Source: Escherichia coli (GTDB taxonomy: Bacteria; Pseudomonadota; Gammaproteobacteria; Enterobacterales; Enterobacteriaceae). From it: a stretch of 64,000 nt of DNA. Both the position numbers and the translations under genes were made by a program. This document shows, one piece after another, positions 9,910-20,486 of this stretch. A model generated the notes under the pieces. That model saw only the letters and a list, made by a program, of their open reading frames with translations. It was not told the DNA's origin and made no database searches. Position 1 is the stretch's first letter; each line of letters begins with the position of its first letter. The DNA is taken from the NCBI RefSeq assembly GCF_051903065.1, contig NZ_CP178438.1. One strand, 5' to 3'.

Positions 9910-10321
9910 TTCAGAAAGGGTTCCACCTGAAAGTTGTTATTCCACCAGAGAGTGAATGGCAATGCAGGTAATCATTTCATCTGTATATCTGTATGCCAAC
10001 TGGCATTCCATCTCTTTTTTCGCCGATATTTTGTTGTGATCGGCGACACTTCGCTTAAAAAAGCACCAGCAGTGGTTTCGCAGCTATGCGGTGTATAAAA
10101 AATGATCTCATGCAGATGTTTTGTGAATGTGTGGGTTGACATTCATATGAAAAAAATCATAATTCCATCATGTTTGTGTGGGGTCTTTTCTGTATCTTAC
10201 GCATCGCACTCAAGCCTGACAGAAAATATGCTGTAAGGCTCATATCAAAAACCGCCATTAGCTCATCAGGAAGAGCAGACGACAACCAGGATTGTTGTAT
10301 GGTACGGGGTTCGAGGCCTCG

Positions 10322-10567
10322 ATGGCGGTCCAACTTTTCAAAACTCTTCTGAATCAGATCCCCTTATTATCATCCCTGCAAAGTGGAACATTGCCATTGT
10401 TTGGCTATTCAGGACGGGTCAGACCAATGAAAAAAGCCCACACAGGGGAGAGTGGGCTGAAATGGGAAGCTAAAGACTCAAGTAAACTTATCGGAAATAA
10501 GGACCACGCATTACGGGGGCTATCATCGCCGATGGTCGGGATTCGGCAAATCAGGTTGATTACGTAG
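10322..10567 (+). CDS. yahM: small uncharacterised protein, 81 aa (start taken at MAVQLF)
   Basis: ORF 10292..10567; an internal ATG gives an 81-aa product matching the remembered size of yahM; weak support. Confidence 0.4.
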   Translation: MAVQLFKTLLNQIPLLSSLQSGTLPLFGYSGRVRPMKKAHTGESGLKWEAKDSSKLIGNKDHALRGLSSPMVGIRQIRLIT

Positions 10568-10583
10568 AGAGTAAATTATCTGC

Positions 10584-11255
10584 TCACCGCTGCGTCACCC
10601 CTTCGTAAATCAGGCGTAGCGCGAATACACCAATAATTGCACCAATAACCCGACTGGCAACGCGTTGCATACGCCCATAAGCACGACGCACAGCGGGCAA
10701 AGAAAACGCCTGACTAAGAAAAACTCGCCAGATAATTGATGCGAGCACAATCCCCGCCCAGGCCATTAAACGTGCCCATGTTGGTGTTTCGGCATTTAAT
10801 GTTACTGAGAAAATACTGATAAAAAATAAAACGGTTTGCGGGTTAGAGAGATCGGTAATTAATCCACGGCGAAAAAAGACATACCAGGGGGCGCTAATCG
10901 GTTGTTGTAGTGTGCTCATTTGCGGTGTTGACTGGCGGCGCATGCTGCACCACGCAAACCATAAGAGATAAGCGCCGCCGACGATTCTGATAAGCGAGAA
11001 AATCTCCTCACACTGCGTAATTAGCGTTGCAAGACCAAACAAACCCAATCCGGAATAAAATGCATCGCCCAGCGCCACGCCCAGCCCGGTCAGCACCCCT
11101 GCGCGTCGACCGGAAGCCAGGCTGGTTTGTACTACCACAAAGAGATTGGCTCCCGGATTAAAAAAAGTAATCACGAACAGTCCTACGGTCAGGTAAACGG
11201 CATGCAAAGGATCCATAGTGATTTCATCCATAAATAAGTGAACTAACTGCATCAT
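10584..11255 (-). CDS. yahN: LysE/RhtB-family amino-acid exporter, 223 aa
   Basis: Hydrophobic multi-helix protein of LysE-family length; synteny. Confidence 0.8.
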   Translation of the reverse strand: MMQLVHLFMDEITMDPLHAVYLTVGLFVITFFNPGANLFVVVQTSLASGRRAGVLTGLGVALGDAFYSGLGLFGLATLITQCEEIFSLIRIVGGAYLLWFAWCSMRRQSTPQMSTLQQPISAPWYVFFRRGLITDLSNPQTVLFFISIFSVTLNAETPTWARLMAWAGIVLASIIWRVFLSQAFSLPAVRRAYGRMQRVASRVIGAIIGVFALRLIYEGVTQR

Positions 11256-11401
11256 ATTTCTACCAAAAATAATCGGGTGCGAGAGAGATCACAAAGTGTC
11301 TTATTTCCGGTTACTGGCGTTTATGCCCTGACTGAACTAATTATTAATCAACCCAATAATGTGGGTGGGTGATAGTGTGATAACAACTCTGGAGCCGTAA
11401 T

Positions 11402-11677
11402 ATGAAAATAATCTCTAAAATGTTAGTCGGTGCGTTGGCGTTTGCCGTTACCAATGTCTATGCCGCTGAATTGATGACTAAAGCGGAATTTGAAAAAGTC
11501 GAATCGCAATATGAAAAAATAGGTGATATTTCAACCAGCAATGAAATGTCGACCGCAGACGCGAAAGAGGATTTGATCAAAAAAGCGGATGAAAAAGGGG
11601 CTGATGTGTTGGTACTGACCTCCGGTCAAACTGACAATAAGATCCACGGCACGGCGGATATTTATAAGAAGAAGTAA
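11402..11677 (+). CDS. yahO: small periplasmic protein (DUF1471/YhcN-like), 91 aa
   Basis: Signal peptide [22 protein letters not shown] followed by a short soluble domain. Confidence 0.8.
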   Translation: MKIISKMLVGALAFAVTNVYAAELMTKAEFEKVESQYEKIGDISTSNEMSTADAKEDLIKKADEKGADVLVLTSGQTDNKIHGTADIYKKK

Positions 11678-11706
11678 TTCTGAACCCTATGTAAACATCC
11701 CCGATG

Positions 11707-12763
11707 GGCTTTGTTGAATAAATCGAACTTTTGCTGAGTTGAAGGATCAGATCACGTATCTTCCCGACAACGCAGACCGTTCCGTGGCAAAGCAAAAGTT
11801 CAAAATCACCAACTGGCCCACCTACAATAAAGCCCTCATCAACCGTGGCTCCATAACTTTCTGGCTGGATGATGAAGCTATTCAGGCCTGGTATGAGTCA
11901 GCAACACCTTCTTCACGAGGCAGACCTCAGCGCTATTCTGACCTTGCCATCACGACTGTGCTGGTCATTAAACGCGTATTCAGGCTGACCCTGCGCGCTG
12001 CGCAGGGCTTTATTGATTCCATTTTTTCTCTGATGAACGTTCCGCTACGCTGCCCGGATTACAGCTGTGTCAGCAGGCGGGCAAAGTCGGTTAATGTCAG
12101 TTTCAAAACGCCCACCCGGGGTGAAATCGCACACCTGGTAATTGATTCCACCGGGCTGAAGGTCTTCGGTGAAGGCGAGTGGAAAGTCAAAAAGCATGGC
12201 CAGGAACGCCGCCGTATCTGGCGTAAGCTGCATCTCGCCGTTGACAGTAAAACACATGAAATCATCTGCGCTGACCTGTCGCTGAACAACGTTACGGACT
12301 CAGAGGCCTTCCCCGGGTTAATCCGGCAAACCCACCGGAAAATCAGGTCAGCCGCCGCCGATGGCGCTTACGATACCCGGCTATGTCACGATGAACTGCG
12401 GCGTAAGAAAATCAGCGCGCTTATCCCTCCCCGAAAAGGTGCGGGTTACTGGCCCGGTGAATATGCAGACCGTAACCGTGCAGTGGCTAATCAGCGAATG
12501 ACCGGGAGTAATGCGCGGTGGAAATGGACAACAGATTACAACCGTCGCTCGATAGCGGAAACGGCGATGTACCGGGTAAAACAGCTGTTCGGGGGTTCAC
12601 TGACACTGCGTGACTACGATGGTCAGGTTGCAGAGGCTATGGCCCTGGTACGAGCGCTGAACAAAATGACGAAAGCAGGTATGCCTGAAAGCGTGCGTAT
12701 TGCCTGAAAACACAACCCGCTACGGGGGAGACTTACCCGAAATCTGATTTATTCAACAAAGCC
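11707..12763 (+). mobile_element. IS903-type insertion sequence (IS5 family), 1057 bp, intact
   Basis: 18-bp terminal inverted repeats GGCTTTGTTGAATAAATC (11707..11724) and its reverse complement (12746..12763); flanked by perfect 9-bp direct repeats TCCCCGATG (11698..11706 and 12764..12772); length 1057 bp matches IS903. Confidence 0.9.
11784..12707 (+). CDS. IS903 transposase (about 307 aa if GTG start at 11784; ORF open from 11739)
   Basis: Single long ORF filling the element; left-end DNA matches the remembered Tn903/IS903 end sequence; 307-aa size expected for IS903 transposase. Confidence 0.85.
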   Translation: MAKQKFKITNWPTYNKALINRGSITFWLDDEAIQAWYESATPSSRGRPQRYSDLAITTVLVIKRVFRLTLRAAQGFIDSIFSLMNVPLRCPDYSCVSRRAKSVNVSFKTPTRGEIAHLVIDSTGLKVFGEGEWKVKKHGQERRRIWRKLHLAVDSKTHEIICADLSLNNVTDSEAFPGLIRQTHRKIRSAAADGAYDTRLCHDELRRKKISALIPPRKGAGYWPGEYADRNRAVANQRMTGSNARWKWTTDYNRRSIAETAMYRVKQLFGGSLTLRDYDGQVAEAMALVRALNKMTKAGMPESVRIA

Positions 12764-12840
12764 TCCCCGATGCGTAAGTTTATCGGTGATCATCTATTGA
12801 AATTTATGCCGGATAAAGCGTTCGCGCTGCATTCGGCAGT

Positions 12841-14427
12841 TCAGCTTTTCAGCCGCCGCCAGAACGTCGTCCGGCTGATGCCTAAATAATTCGCCGCTGC
12901 TGTTTTATCGCCATTAAATTTCTCCAGTGCCTGTTGTGGTGTCAGTAAGCGTGGAGCGGGAGTTTTCGCCGACTCGCGCGCCAGTTCCGGCAGTAGCAGC
13001 TGCAAAAATTGCGGCGTTAAATCCGGCGTCGGTTCCACACTTAAAAATAGCGCCAGTCGCTCCATCATATTGCGCAGTTCACGAATATTGCCCGGCCAGT
13101 CGTAGTGCATCAGCACGGTTTCGCTTGCCTGTAATCCCTGGCGTAATGCGGCAGAAAACGGGGCGGAGAGCGCCGCCAGAGACACTTTCAAAAAGCTTTC
13201 CGCCAGCGGAAGAATATCCGCCACCCGCTCGCGGAGTGGTGGCAATTGCAGACGCAAAATACTCAGCCGATAAAACAGATCACGGCGAAAACGTCCTTGC
13301 TGCATATCTTCTTCCAGATTGCAGTGAGTGGCGCTAATGACCCGTACATCTACCGGAACAGGCTGATGCCCGCCGACGCGGGTGACCTCTTTTTCTTCCA
13401 GCACCCGTAACAGGCGAGTCTGCAAAGGTAGCGGCATTTCGCCAATCTCATCCAAAAACAGCGTGCCACCGTGGGCGATTTCAAACAGCCCGGCACGACC
13501 TCCGCGTCGCGAGCCGGTAAACGCCCCTTCCTCATAGCCAAACAGCTCCGCTTCCAGCAGCGATTCGGCAATCGCCCCGCAGTTGACGGCAACAAACGGA
13601 TGCGACTTTTTGCCCTGTCGCGCATCGTGGCGGGCAAAATATTCCCGATGAATTGCCTGGGCCGCCAGCTCTTTGCCCGTCCCCGTTTCCCCCTCAATCA
13701 ACACCGCTGCACTGGAGCGGGCATACAGCAAAATAGTCTGCCGTACTTGTTCCATCTGTGGTGATTGACCGAGCATATCGCCCAGCACGTAACGAGTTCT
13801 CAGGGCGTTGCGGGTGGCATCGTGAGTGTTATGGCGTAACGACATGCGCGTCATATCCAGCGCATCGCTGAACGCCTGGCGCACGGTGGCGGCGGAATAG
13901 ATAAAAATTCCGGTCATTCCGGCTTCTTCTGCCAGATCGGTAATCAGCCCCGCACCGACCACCGCTTCGGTGCCGTTAGCTTTTAGCTCGTTAATCTGCC
14001 CGCGTGCGTCTTCCTCGGTAATGTAGCTACGTTGATCGAGGCGCAAATTAAAGGTTTTTTGAAACGCCACCAGTGCCGGAATAGTTTCCTGATAAGTGAC
14101 AACGCCGATAGAAGAGGTGAGCTTTCCGGCTTTTGCCAGTGCCTGTAACACATCGTAGCCGCTCGGTTTAATCAAAATAACTGGCACTGACAGGCGGCTT
14201 TTCAGGTACGCGCCGTTAGAGCCAGCAGCGATGATGGCGTCACAGCGTTCGTTTGCCAGTTTCTTGCGGATGTAGGTCACTGCTTTTTCAAAGCCAAGCT
14301 GAATAGGGGTAATGTTCGCCAGGTGATCAAACTCGAGGCTGATATCGCGAAACAGCTCGAACAGGCGCGTTACAGATACCGTCCAGATAACCGGTTTGTC
14401 GTCATTCAGCCGTGGTGGATGTGCCAT
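12841..14427 (-). CDS. prpR: sigma-54-dependent propionate regulon activator, about 528 aa (start taken at MAHPPRL)
   Basis: AAA+ sigma54-activator motifs ([21 protein letters not shown]-like [12 protein letters not shown]) and C-terminal HTH; divergent from prpB. Confidence 0.85.
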   Translation of the reverse strand: MAHPPRLNDDKPVIWTVSVTRLFELFRDISLEFDHLANITPIQLGFEKAVTYIRKKLANERCDAIIAAGSNGAYLKSRLSVPVILIKPSGYDVLQALAKAGKLTSSIGVVTYQETIPALVAFQKTFNLRLDQRSYITEEDARGQINELKANGTEAVVGAGLITDLAEEAGMTGIFIYSAATVRQAFSDALDMTRMSLRHNTHDATRNALRTRYVLGDMLGQSPQMEQVRQTILLYARSSAAVLIEGETGTGKELAAQAIHREYFARHDARQGKKSHPFVAVNCGAIAESLLEAELFGYEEGAFTGSRRGGRAGLFEIAHGGTLFLDEIGEMPLPLQTRLLRVLEEKEVTRVGGHQPVPVDVRVISATHCNLEEDMQQGRFRRDLFYRLSILRLQLPPLRERVADILPLAESFLKVSLAALSAPFSAALRQGLQASETVLMHYDWPGNIRELRNMMERLALFLSVEPTPDLTPQFLQLLLPELARESAKTPAPRLLTPQQALEKFNGDKTAAANYLGISRTTFWRRLKS

Positions 14428-14613
14428 AGCGCACCGCAAAGTTAAGAAACCGAATATTGGGTTTAGTCTTGTTTCATAATTGTTGCAATGAAACGCGGTG
14501 AAACATTGCCTGAAACGTTAACTGAAACGCATATTTGCGGATTAGTTCATGACTTTATCTCTAACAAATTGAAATTAAAGATTTAATTTTATTAAGGCAA
14601 TTGTGGCACACCC

Positions 14614-14629
14614 CTTGCTTTGTGTTTAT
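14614..14629 (+). promoter_or_regulatory. candidate sigma-54 (-24/-12) promoter of prpBCDE
   Basis: TGGCAC-accccTTGCt matches the TGGCAC-N5-TTGCW consensus, about 40 bp upstream of prpB and divergent from the sigma54 activator prpR. Confidence 0.65.
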
Positions 14630-14665
14630 CAACGCAAATAACAAGTTGATAACAAAGGATGGGCT

Positions 14666-15556
14666 ATGTCTCTACACTCCCCAGGTAAAGTGTTTCGCGC
14701 TGCACTGACTAAAGAAAATCCATTGCAGATTGTTGGCACCATTAACGCCAACCATGCGCTGTTGGCGCAGCGTGCCGGATATCAGGCAATTTATCTCTCC
14801 GGCGGTGGCGTGGCGGCAGGGTCGCTGGGGCTGCCCGATCTCGGTATTTCTACCCTTGATGATGTGCTGACCGACATTCGCCGTATCACCGACGTTTGTT
14901 CGCTGCCGCTGCTGGTGGATGCGGATATCGGTTTTGGTTCTTCGGCCTTTAACGTGGCGCGCACCGTGAAATCGATGATTAAAGCTGGTGCGGCAGGATT
15001 GCATATTGAAGATCAGGTTGGTGCGAAACGCTGCGGTCATCGTCCGAATAAAGCGATCGTCTCGAAAGAGGAGATGGTGGATCGGATCCGCGCGGCGGTG
15101 GATGCGAAAACCGATCCTGATTTTGTGATCATGGCGCGCACCGATGCGCTGGCGGTAGAGGGGCTGGATGCGGCGATCGAGCGTGCGCAGGCCTATGTTG
15201 AAGCGGGTGCCGAGATGTTGTTCCCGGAGGCGATTACCGAACTCGCCATGTACCGCCAGTTTGCCGATGCGGTGCAGGTGCCGATCCTCGCCAATATTAC
15301 CGAATTTGGTGCCACGCCGCTGTTTACCACCGACGAATTACGCAGCGCCCATGTCGCAATGGCGCTGTACCCGCTTTCAGCGTTCCGCGCCATGAACCGC
15401 GCCGCTGAACATGTCTACAACGTCCTGCGCCAGGAAGGCACGCAGAAAAGCGTCATCGACACCATGCAAACCCGCAACGAGCTGTACGAAAGCATCAACT
15501 ACTACCAGTACGAAGAGAAGCTCGACGACCTGTTTGCCCGTAACCAGGTGAAATAA
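14666..15556 (+). CDS. prpB: 2-methylisocitrate lyase, 296 aa
   Basis: PEP-mutase/isocitrate-lyase-family protein, correct size and position in the prp operon. Confidence 0.9.
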   Translation: MSLHSPGKVFRAALTKENPLQIVGTINANHALLAQRAGYQAIYLSGGGVAAGSLGLPDLGISTLDDVLTDIRRITDVCSLPLLVDADIGFGSSAFNVARTVKSMIKAGAAGLHIEDQVGAKRCGHRPNKAIVSKEEMVDRIRAAVDAKTDPDFVIMARTDALAVEGLDAAIERAQAYVEAGAEMLFPEAITELAMYRQFADAVQVPILANITEFGATPLFTTDELRSAHVAMALYPLSAFRAMNRAAEHVYNVLRQEGTQKSVIDTMQTRNELYESINYYQYEEKLDDLFARNQVK

Positions 15557-15571
15557 TAAACGCCCGTTGGT

Positions 15572-15868
15572 TGTATTCGACAACCGATGCCTGATGCGCC
15601 GCTGACGCGACTTATCAGGCCTACGGGGTGTACTGAACTGTAGGTCGGATAAGACGCATGGCGTCGCATCCGACAACCGATGCCTGATGCGTCGCTGACG
15701 CGACTTATCAGGCCTACGGGGTGAACTGAACTGTAGGTCGGATAAGACGCATGGCGTCGCATCCGACAACCGATGCCTGATGCGCCGCTGACGCGGCTTA
15801 TCAGGCCTACGGGGTGTACTGAACTGTAGGTCGGATAAGACGCATGGCGTCGCATCCGACAACAATCT
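15572..15868. repeat. REP/BIME tandem array (3 units, about 92-bp period)
   Basis: Three near-identical units ...GATGCCTGATGCGCCGCTGACGCGACTTATCAGGCCTACGGGGTG-ACTGAACTGTAGGTCGGATAAGACGCATGGCGTCGCATCCGACAAC. Confidence 0.9.
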
Positions 15869-15902
15869 CGACCCTACAAATGATAACAATGACGAGGACA
15901 AT

Positions 15903-17072
15903 ATGAGCGACACAACGATCCTGCAAAACAGTACCCATGTCATTAAACCGAAAAAATCTGTGGCGCTTTCTGGCGTTCCGGCGGGCAATACGGCGCTCTG
16001 CACCGTGGGTAAAAGTGGCAATGACTTGCATTACCGTGGCTACGATATTCTTGATCTGGCGGAACATTGCGAATTTGAAGAAGTGGCGCATCTGCTGATC
16101 CACGGCAAACTGCCGACCCGTGACGAACTCGCCGCCTACAAAACAAAACTGAAAGCCCTGCGCGGTTTACCGGCTAACGTACGTACCGTGCTGGAAGCCT
16201 TACCGGCGGCGTCACACCCGATGGATGTTATGCGCACCGGCGTTTCCGCGCTCGGCTGCACGCTGCCAGAAAAAGAGGGGCATACCGTCTCTGGCGCGCG
16301 GGATATTGCCGACAAACTGCTGGCATCACTTAGCTCGATTCTCCTTTATTGGTATCACTACAGCCATAACGGCGAACGTATCCAGCCGGAAACCGATGAC
16401 GACTCCATCGGCGGTCACTTCCTGCATCTGCTGCATGGCGAAAAGCCATCGCAAAGCTGGGAAAAGGCGATGCATATTTCGCTGGTGCTGTACGCCGAAC
16501 ATGAGTTTAACGCCTCCACCTTTACCAGCCGGGTGATTGCAGGCACCGGCTCTGATATGTATTCCGCGATTATTGGCGCGATTGGCGCACTACGCGGGCC
16601 AAAACACGGCGGGGCGAATGAAGTGTCGCTGGAGATCCAGCAACGCTACGAAACGCCGGACGAAGCCGAAGCAGATATCCGCAAGCGGGTGGAAAACAAA
16701 GAAGTGGTCATTGGTTTTGGTCATCCGGTTTATACCATCGCCGACCCGCGTCATCAGGTGATTAAACGTGTGGCCAAGCAGCTCTCGCAGGAAGGCGGCT
16801 CGCTGAAGATGTACAACATCGCCGATCGCCTGGAAACGGTGATGTGGGAGAGCAAAAAGATGTTCCCCAATCTCGACTGGTTCTCCGCTGTTTCCTACAA
16901 CATGATGGGCGTTCCCACCGAGATGTTCACACCACTGTTTGTTATCGCTCGCGTCACCGGCTGGGCGGCGCACATTATCGAACAACGTCAGGACAACAAA
17001 ATTATCCGTCCTTCCGCCAATTATGTTGGACCGGAAGACCGCCAGTTTGTCGCGCTGGATAAGCGCCAGTAA
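15903..17072 (+). CDS. prpC: 2-methylcitrate synthase, 389 aa
   Basis: Citrate-synthase-family protein; prp operon context. Confidence 0.9.
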   Translation: MSDTTILQNSTHVIKPKKSVALSGVPAGNTALCTVGKSGNDLHYRGYDILDLAEHCEFEEVAHLLIHGKLPTRDELAAYKTKLKALRGLPANVRTVLEALPAASHPMDVMRTGVSALGCTLPEKEGHTVSGARDIADKLLASLSSILLYWYHYSHNGERIQPETDDDSIGGHFLHLLHGEKPSQSWEKAMHISLVLYAEHEFNASTFTSRVIAGTGSDMYSAIIGAIGALRGPKHGGANEVSLEIQQRYETPDEAEADIRKRVENKEVVIGFGHPVYTIADPRHQVIKRVAKQLSQEGGSLKMYNIADRLETVMWESKKMFPNLDWFSAVSYNMMGVPTEMFTPLFVIARVTGWAAHIIEQRQDNKIIRPSANYVGPEDRQFVALDKRQ

Positions 17073-17105
17073 ACCTCTACGAATAACAATAAGGAAATGT
17101 ACCCA

Positions 17106-18557
17106 ATGTCAGCTCAAATCAACAACATCCGCCCGGAATTTGATCGTGAAATCGTTGATATCGTCGATTACGTCATGAACTACGAAATCAGCTCTAAAGT
17201 GGCCTACGACACCGCACATTACTGCCTGCTCGACACGCTCGGCTGCGGTCTGGAAGCTCTCGAATACCCGGCCTGTAAAAAACTGCTGGGGCCAATTGTT
17301 CCGGGCACCGTCGTACCCAACGGCGTGCGCGTCCCCGGAACTCAGTTCCAGCTCGACCCCGTCCAGGCGGCATTTAACATCGGCGCGATGATCCGCTGGC
17401 TCGATTTCAACGATACCTGGCTTGCGGCAGAGTGGGGCCATCCTTCCGACAATCTCGGCGGCATTCTGGCAACGGCGGACTGGCTTTCGCGCAACGCGGT
17501 CGCCAGCGGCAAAGCGCCGTTGACCATGAAACAGGTGCTGACCGGAATGATTAAAGCCCATGAAATTCAGGGCTGCATCGCGCTGGAAAACTCCTTTAAC
17601 CGCGTCGGCCTCGACCACGTTCTGTTAGTGAAAGTGGCTTCCACCGCTGTGGTTGCTGAAATGCTCGGCCTGACTCGCGAGGAAATCCTCAATGCCGTTT
17701 CGCTGGCGTGGGTAGACGGTCAGTCGTTGCGCACCTATCGTCATGCGCCGAACACCGGCACGCGTAAATCCTGGGCGGCGGGCGATGCTACCTCCCGCGC
17801 GGTACGTCTGGCACTGATGGCGAAAACGGGCGAAATGGGTTACCCGTCAGCCCTGACCGCGCCGGTATGGGGCTTCTACGACGTCTCCTTTAAAGGTGAA
17901 TCGTTCCGCTTCCAGCGTCCGTACGGTTCTTACGTGATGGAAAATGTGCTGTTCAAAATCTCCTTCCCGGCGGAGTTCCACTCCCAGACGGCAGTTGAAG
18001 CAGCGATGACGCTCTATGAACAGATGCAGGCAGCAGGCAAAACGGCGGCGGATATCGAAAAAGTGACCATTCGCACCCACGAAGCCTGTATTCGCATCAT
18101 CGACAAAAAGGGGCCGCTCAATAACCCGGCAGACCGCGACCACTGCATTCAGTACATGGTGGCGATCCCACTGCTGTTCGGGCGCTTAACGGCGGCAGAT
18201 TACGAAGACAACGTTGCGCAAGATAAACGCATCGACACCCTGCGCGAGAAGATCAATTGCTTTGAAGATCCGTCATTTACCGCTGACTACCACGACCCGG
18301 AAAAACGCGCTATTGCCAATGCCATAACCCTTGAGTTCACCGACGGCACGCGCTTTGAAGAAGTGGTGGTGGAGTACCCAATTGGTCATGCTCGCCGCCG
18401 TCAGGATGGCATTCCGAAGCTGGTAGATAAATTCAAAATCAATCTCGCGCGCCAGTTCCCGACTCGCCAGCAGCAGCGCATTCTGGAGGTTTCTCTCGAC
18501 AGAGCTCGCCTGGAACAGATGCCGGTCAATGAGTATCTCGACCTGTACGTCATTTAA
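17106..18557 (+). CDS. prpD: 2-methylcitrate dehydratase, 483 aa (ORF open from 17097)
   Basis: MmgE/PrpD-family protein; second ATG has better spacing from the AAGGAA Shine-Dalgarno. Confidence 0.9.
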   Translation: MSAQINNIRPEFDREIVDIVDYVMNYEISSKVAYDTAHYCLLDTLGCGLEALEYPACKKLLGPIVPGTVVPNGVRVPGTQFQLDPVQAAFNIGAMIRWLDFNDTWLAAEWGHPSDNLGGILATADWLSRNAVASGKAPLTMKQVLTGMIKAHEIQGCIALENSFNRVGLDHVLLVKVASTAVVAEMLGLTREEILNAVSLAWVDGQSLRTYRHAPNTGTRKSWAAGDATSRAVRLALMAKTGEMGYPSALTAPVWGFYDVSFKGESFRFQRPYGSYVMENVLFKISFPAEFHSQTAVEAAMTLYEQMQAAGKTAADIEKVTIRTHEACIRIIDKKGPLNNPADRDHCIQYMVAIPLLFGRLTAADYEDNVAQDKRIDTLREKINCFEDPSFTADYHDPEKRAIANAITLEFTDGTRFEEVVVEYPIGHARRRQDGIPKLVDKFKINLARQFPTRQQQRILEVSLDRARLEQMPVNEYLDLYVI

Positions 18558-18596
18558 GTAAACGGCGGTAAGGCGTAAGTTCAACAGGAGAGCATT

Positions 18597-20483
18597 ATGT
18601 CTTTTAGCGAATTTTATCAGCGTTCGATTAACGAACCGGAGCAGTTCTGGGCCGAGCAGGCCCGGCGTATTGACTGGCAGACGCCCTTTACGCAAACGCT
18701 CGATCACAGCAATCCGCCGTTTGCCCGTTGGTTTTGTGAAGGCCGAACCAACTTGTGCCACAACGCTATCGACCGCTGGCTGGAGAAACAACCAGAGGCG
18801 CTGGCGCTGATTGCCGTCTCTTCGGAAACAGAAGAAGAGCGCACCTTTACCTTTCGCCAGCTGCATGACGAAGTGAACGCGGTGGCGTCAATGCTGCGCT
18901 CGCTGGGCGTGCAGCGTGGCGATCGGGTGCTGGTGTATATGCCGATGATTGCCGAAGCGCATATTACCCTGCTGGCCTGCGCGCGCATTGGCGCTATTCA
19001 CTCGGTGGTGTTTGGTGGATTTGCCTCGCACAGCGTGGCGGCGCGAATTGATGATGCTAAACCGGTGCTGATTGTCTCGGCTGATGCCGGAGCGCGCGGT
19101 GGCAAAATCATTCCCTATAAAAAATTGCTCGACGATGCGATAAGTCAGGCGCAGCACCAGCCACGCCATGTTTTGCTGGTGGATCGCGGGCTGGCGAAAA
19201 TGGCGCGCGTCAGCGGGCGGGATGTCGATTTCGCGTCGTTGCGCCATCAACACATCGGCGCGCGGGTACCGGTGGCGTGGCTGGAATCCAACGAAACCTC
19301 CTGCATTCTCTACACCTCCGGCACGACCGGCAAACCTAAAGGCGTGCAGCGTGACGTCGGCGGATATGCGGTGGCGCTGGCGACCTCGATGGACACCATT
19401 TTTGGCGGCAAAGCGGGCGGTGTGTTCTTTTGTGCTTCGGATATCGGCTGGGTGGTGGGGCATTCGTATATCGTCTACGCGCCGCTGCTGGCGGGGATGG
19501 CGACTATCGTTTACGAAGGATTACCGACCTGGCCGGACTGCGGCGTGTGGTGGAAAATCGTCGAGAAATATCAGGTTAGCCGGATGTTCTCAGCGCCGAC
19601 CGCCATTCGCGTGCTGAAAAAATTCCCTACCGCTGAAATTCGCAAACACGATCTTTCGTCGCTGGAAGTTCTCTATCTGGCGGGGGAGCCGCTGGACGAG
19701 CCGACCGCCAGTTGGGTGAGCAATACGCTGGATGTGCCGGTCATCGACAACTACTGGCAGACCGAATCCGGCTGGCCGATTATGGCGATTGCTCGCGGTC
19801 TGGACGACAGGCCGACGCGTCTGGGAAGCCCCGGCGTGCCGATGTATGGCTATAACGTGCAGTTGCTTAATGAAGTCACCGGCGAACCGTGTGGCGTTAA
19901 CGAGAAAGGGATGCTGGTGGTGGAAGGGCCGCTGCCGCCGGGGTGTATTCAGACCATCTGGGGCGACGACGACCGCTTTGTGAAGACGTACTGGTCGCTG
20001 TTTTCCCGCCCGGTGTACGCCACCTTTGACTGGGGCATCCGCGATGCTGACGGTTATTACTTTATTCTCGGGCGCACTGACGATGTAATTAACGTTGCCG
20101 GGCATCGGCTGGGGACGCGCGAGATTGAAGAGAGTATCTCCAGTCATCCGGGCGTTGCCGAAGTGGCGGTGGTTGGGGTGAAAGATGCGCTGAAAGGGCA
20201 GGTGGCGGTGGCGTTTGTCATTCCGAAAGAGAGCGACAGTCTGGAAGATCGTGATGTGGCGCATTCGCAAGAGAAGGCGATTATGGCGCTGGTGGACAGC
20301 CAGATTGGCAACTTTGGCCGCCCGGCGCACGTCTGGTTTGTCTCGCAATTGCCAAAAACGCGATCCGGAAAAATGCTGCGCCGCACGATCCAGGCGATTT
20401 GCGAAGGACGCGATCCTGGGGATCTGACGACCATTGATGATCCTGCGTCGTTGGATCAGATCCGCCAGGCGATGGAAGAGTAA
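18597..20483 (+). CDS. prpE: propionyl-CoA synthetase, 628 aa
   Basis: Acyl-CoA synthetase AMP-binding motif (YTSGTTGKPKG). Confidence 0.9.
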   Translation: MSFSEFYQRSINEPEQFWAEQARRIDWQTPFTQTLDHSNPPFARWFCEGRTNLCHNAIDRWLEKQPEALALIAVSSETEEERTFTFRQLHDEVNAVASMLRSLGVQRGDRVLVYMPMIAEAHITLLACARIGAIHSVVFGGFASHSVAARIDDAKPVLIVSADAGARGGKIIPYKKLLDDAISQAQHQPRHVLLVDRGLAKMARVSGRDVDFASLRHQHIGARVPVAWLESNETSCILYTSGTTGKPKGVQRDVGGYAVALATSMDTIFGGKAGGVFFCASDIGWVVGHSYIVYAPLLAGMATIVYEGLPTWPDCGVWWKIVEKYQVSRMFSAPTAIRVLKKFPTAEIRKHDLSSLEVLYLAGEPLDEPTASWVSNTLDVPVIDNYWQTESGWPIMAIARGLDDRPTRLGSPGVPMYGYNVQLLNEVTGEPCGVNEKGMLVVEGPLPPGCIQTIWGDDDRFVKTYWSLFSRPVYATFDWGIRDADGYYFILGRTDDVINVAGHRLGTREIEESISSHPGVAEVAVVGVKDALKGQVAVAFVIPKESDSLEDRDVAHSQEKAIMALVDSQIGNFGRPAHVWFVSQLPKTRSGKMLRRTIQAICEGRDPGDLTTIDDPASLDQIRQAMEE

Positions 20484-20486
20484 GGT

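Noticed and set aside
10147-10236. 29-codon ORF MKKIIIPSCLCGVFSVSYASHSSLTENML resembling a signal peptide
   Set aside because: No convincing Shine-Dalgarno, ends after the hydrophobic segment, and lies in AT-rich DNA where short ORFs arise by chance; possibly a gene remnant but unsupported.
11707-12763. Tn903-type kanamycin-resistance transposon or cloning-cassette remnant
   Set aside because: Only a single 1057-bp IS with its own transposase is present; no aph gene or second IS copy, and perfect 9-bp target duplications indicate a simple chromosomal IS insertion.
15377-16103. 214-, 117- and 98-aa minus-strand ORFs spanning the prpB-prpC intergenic region
   Set aside because: Read through the REP array and antisense to prpB/prpC ends; repeated peptide ([23 protein letters not shown]) is REP-derived.
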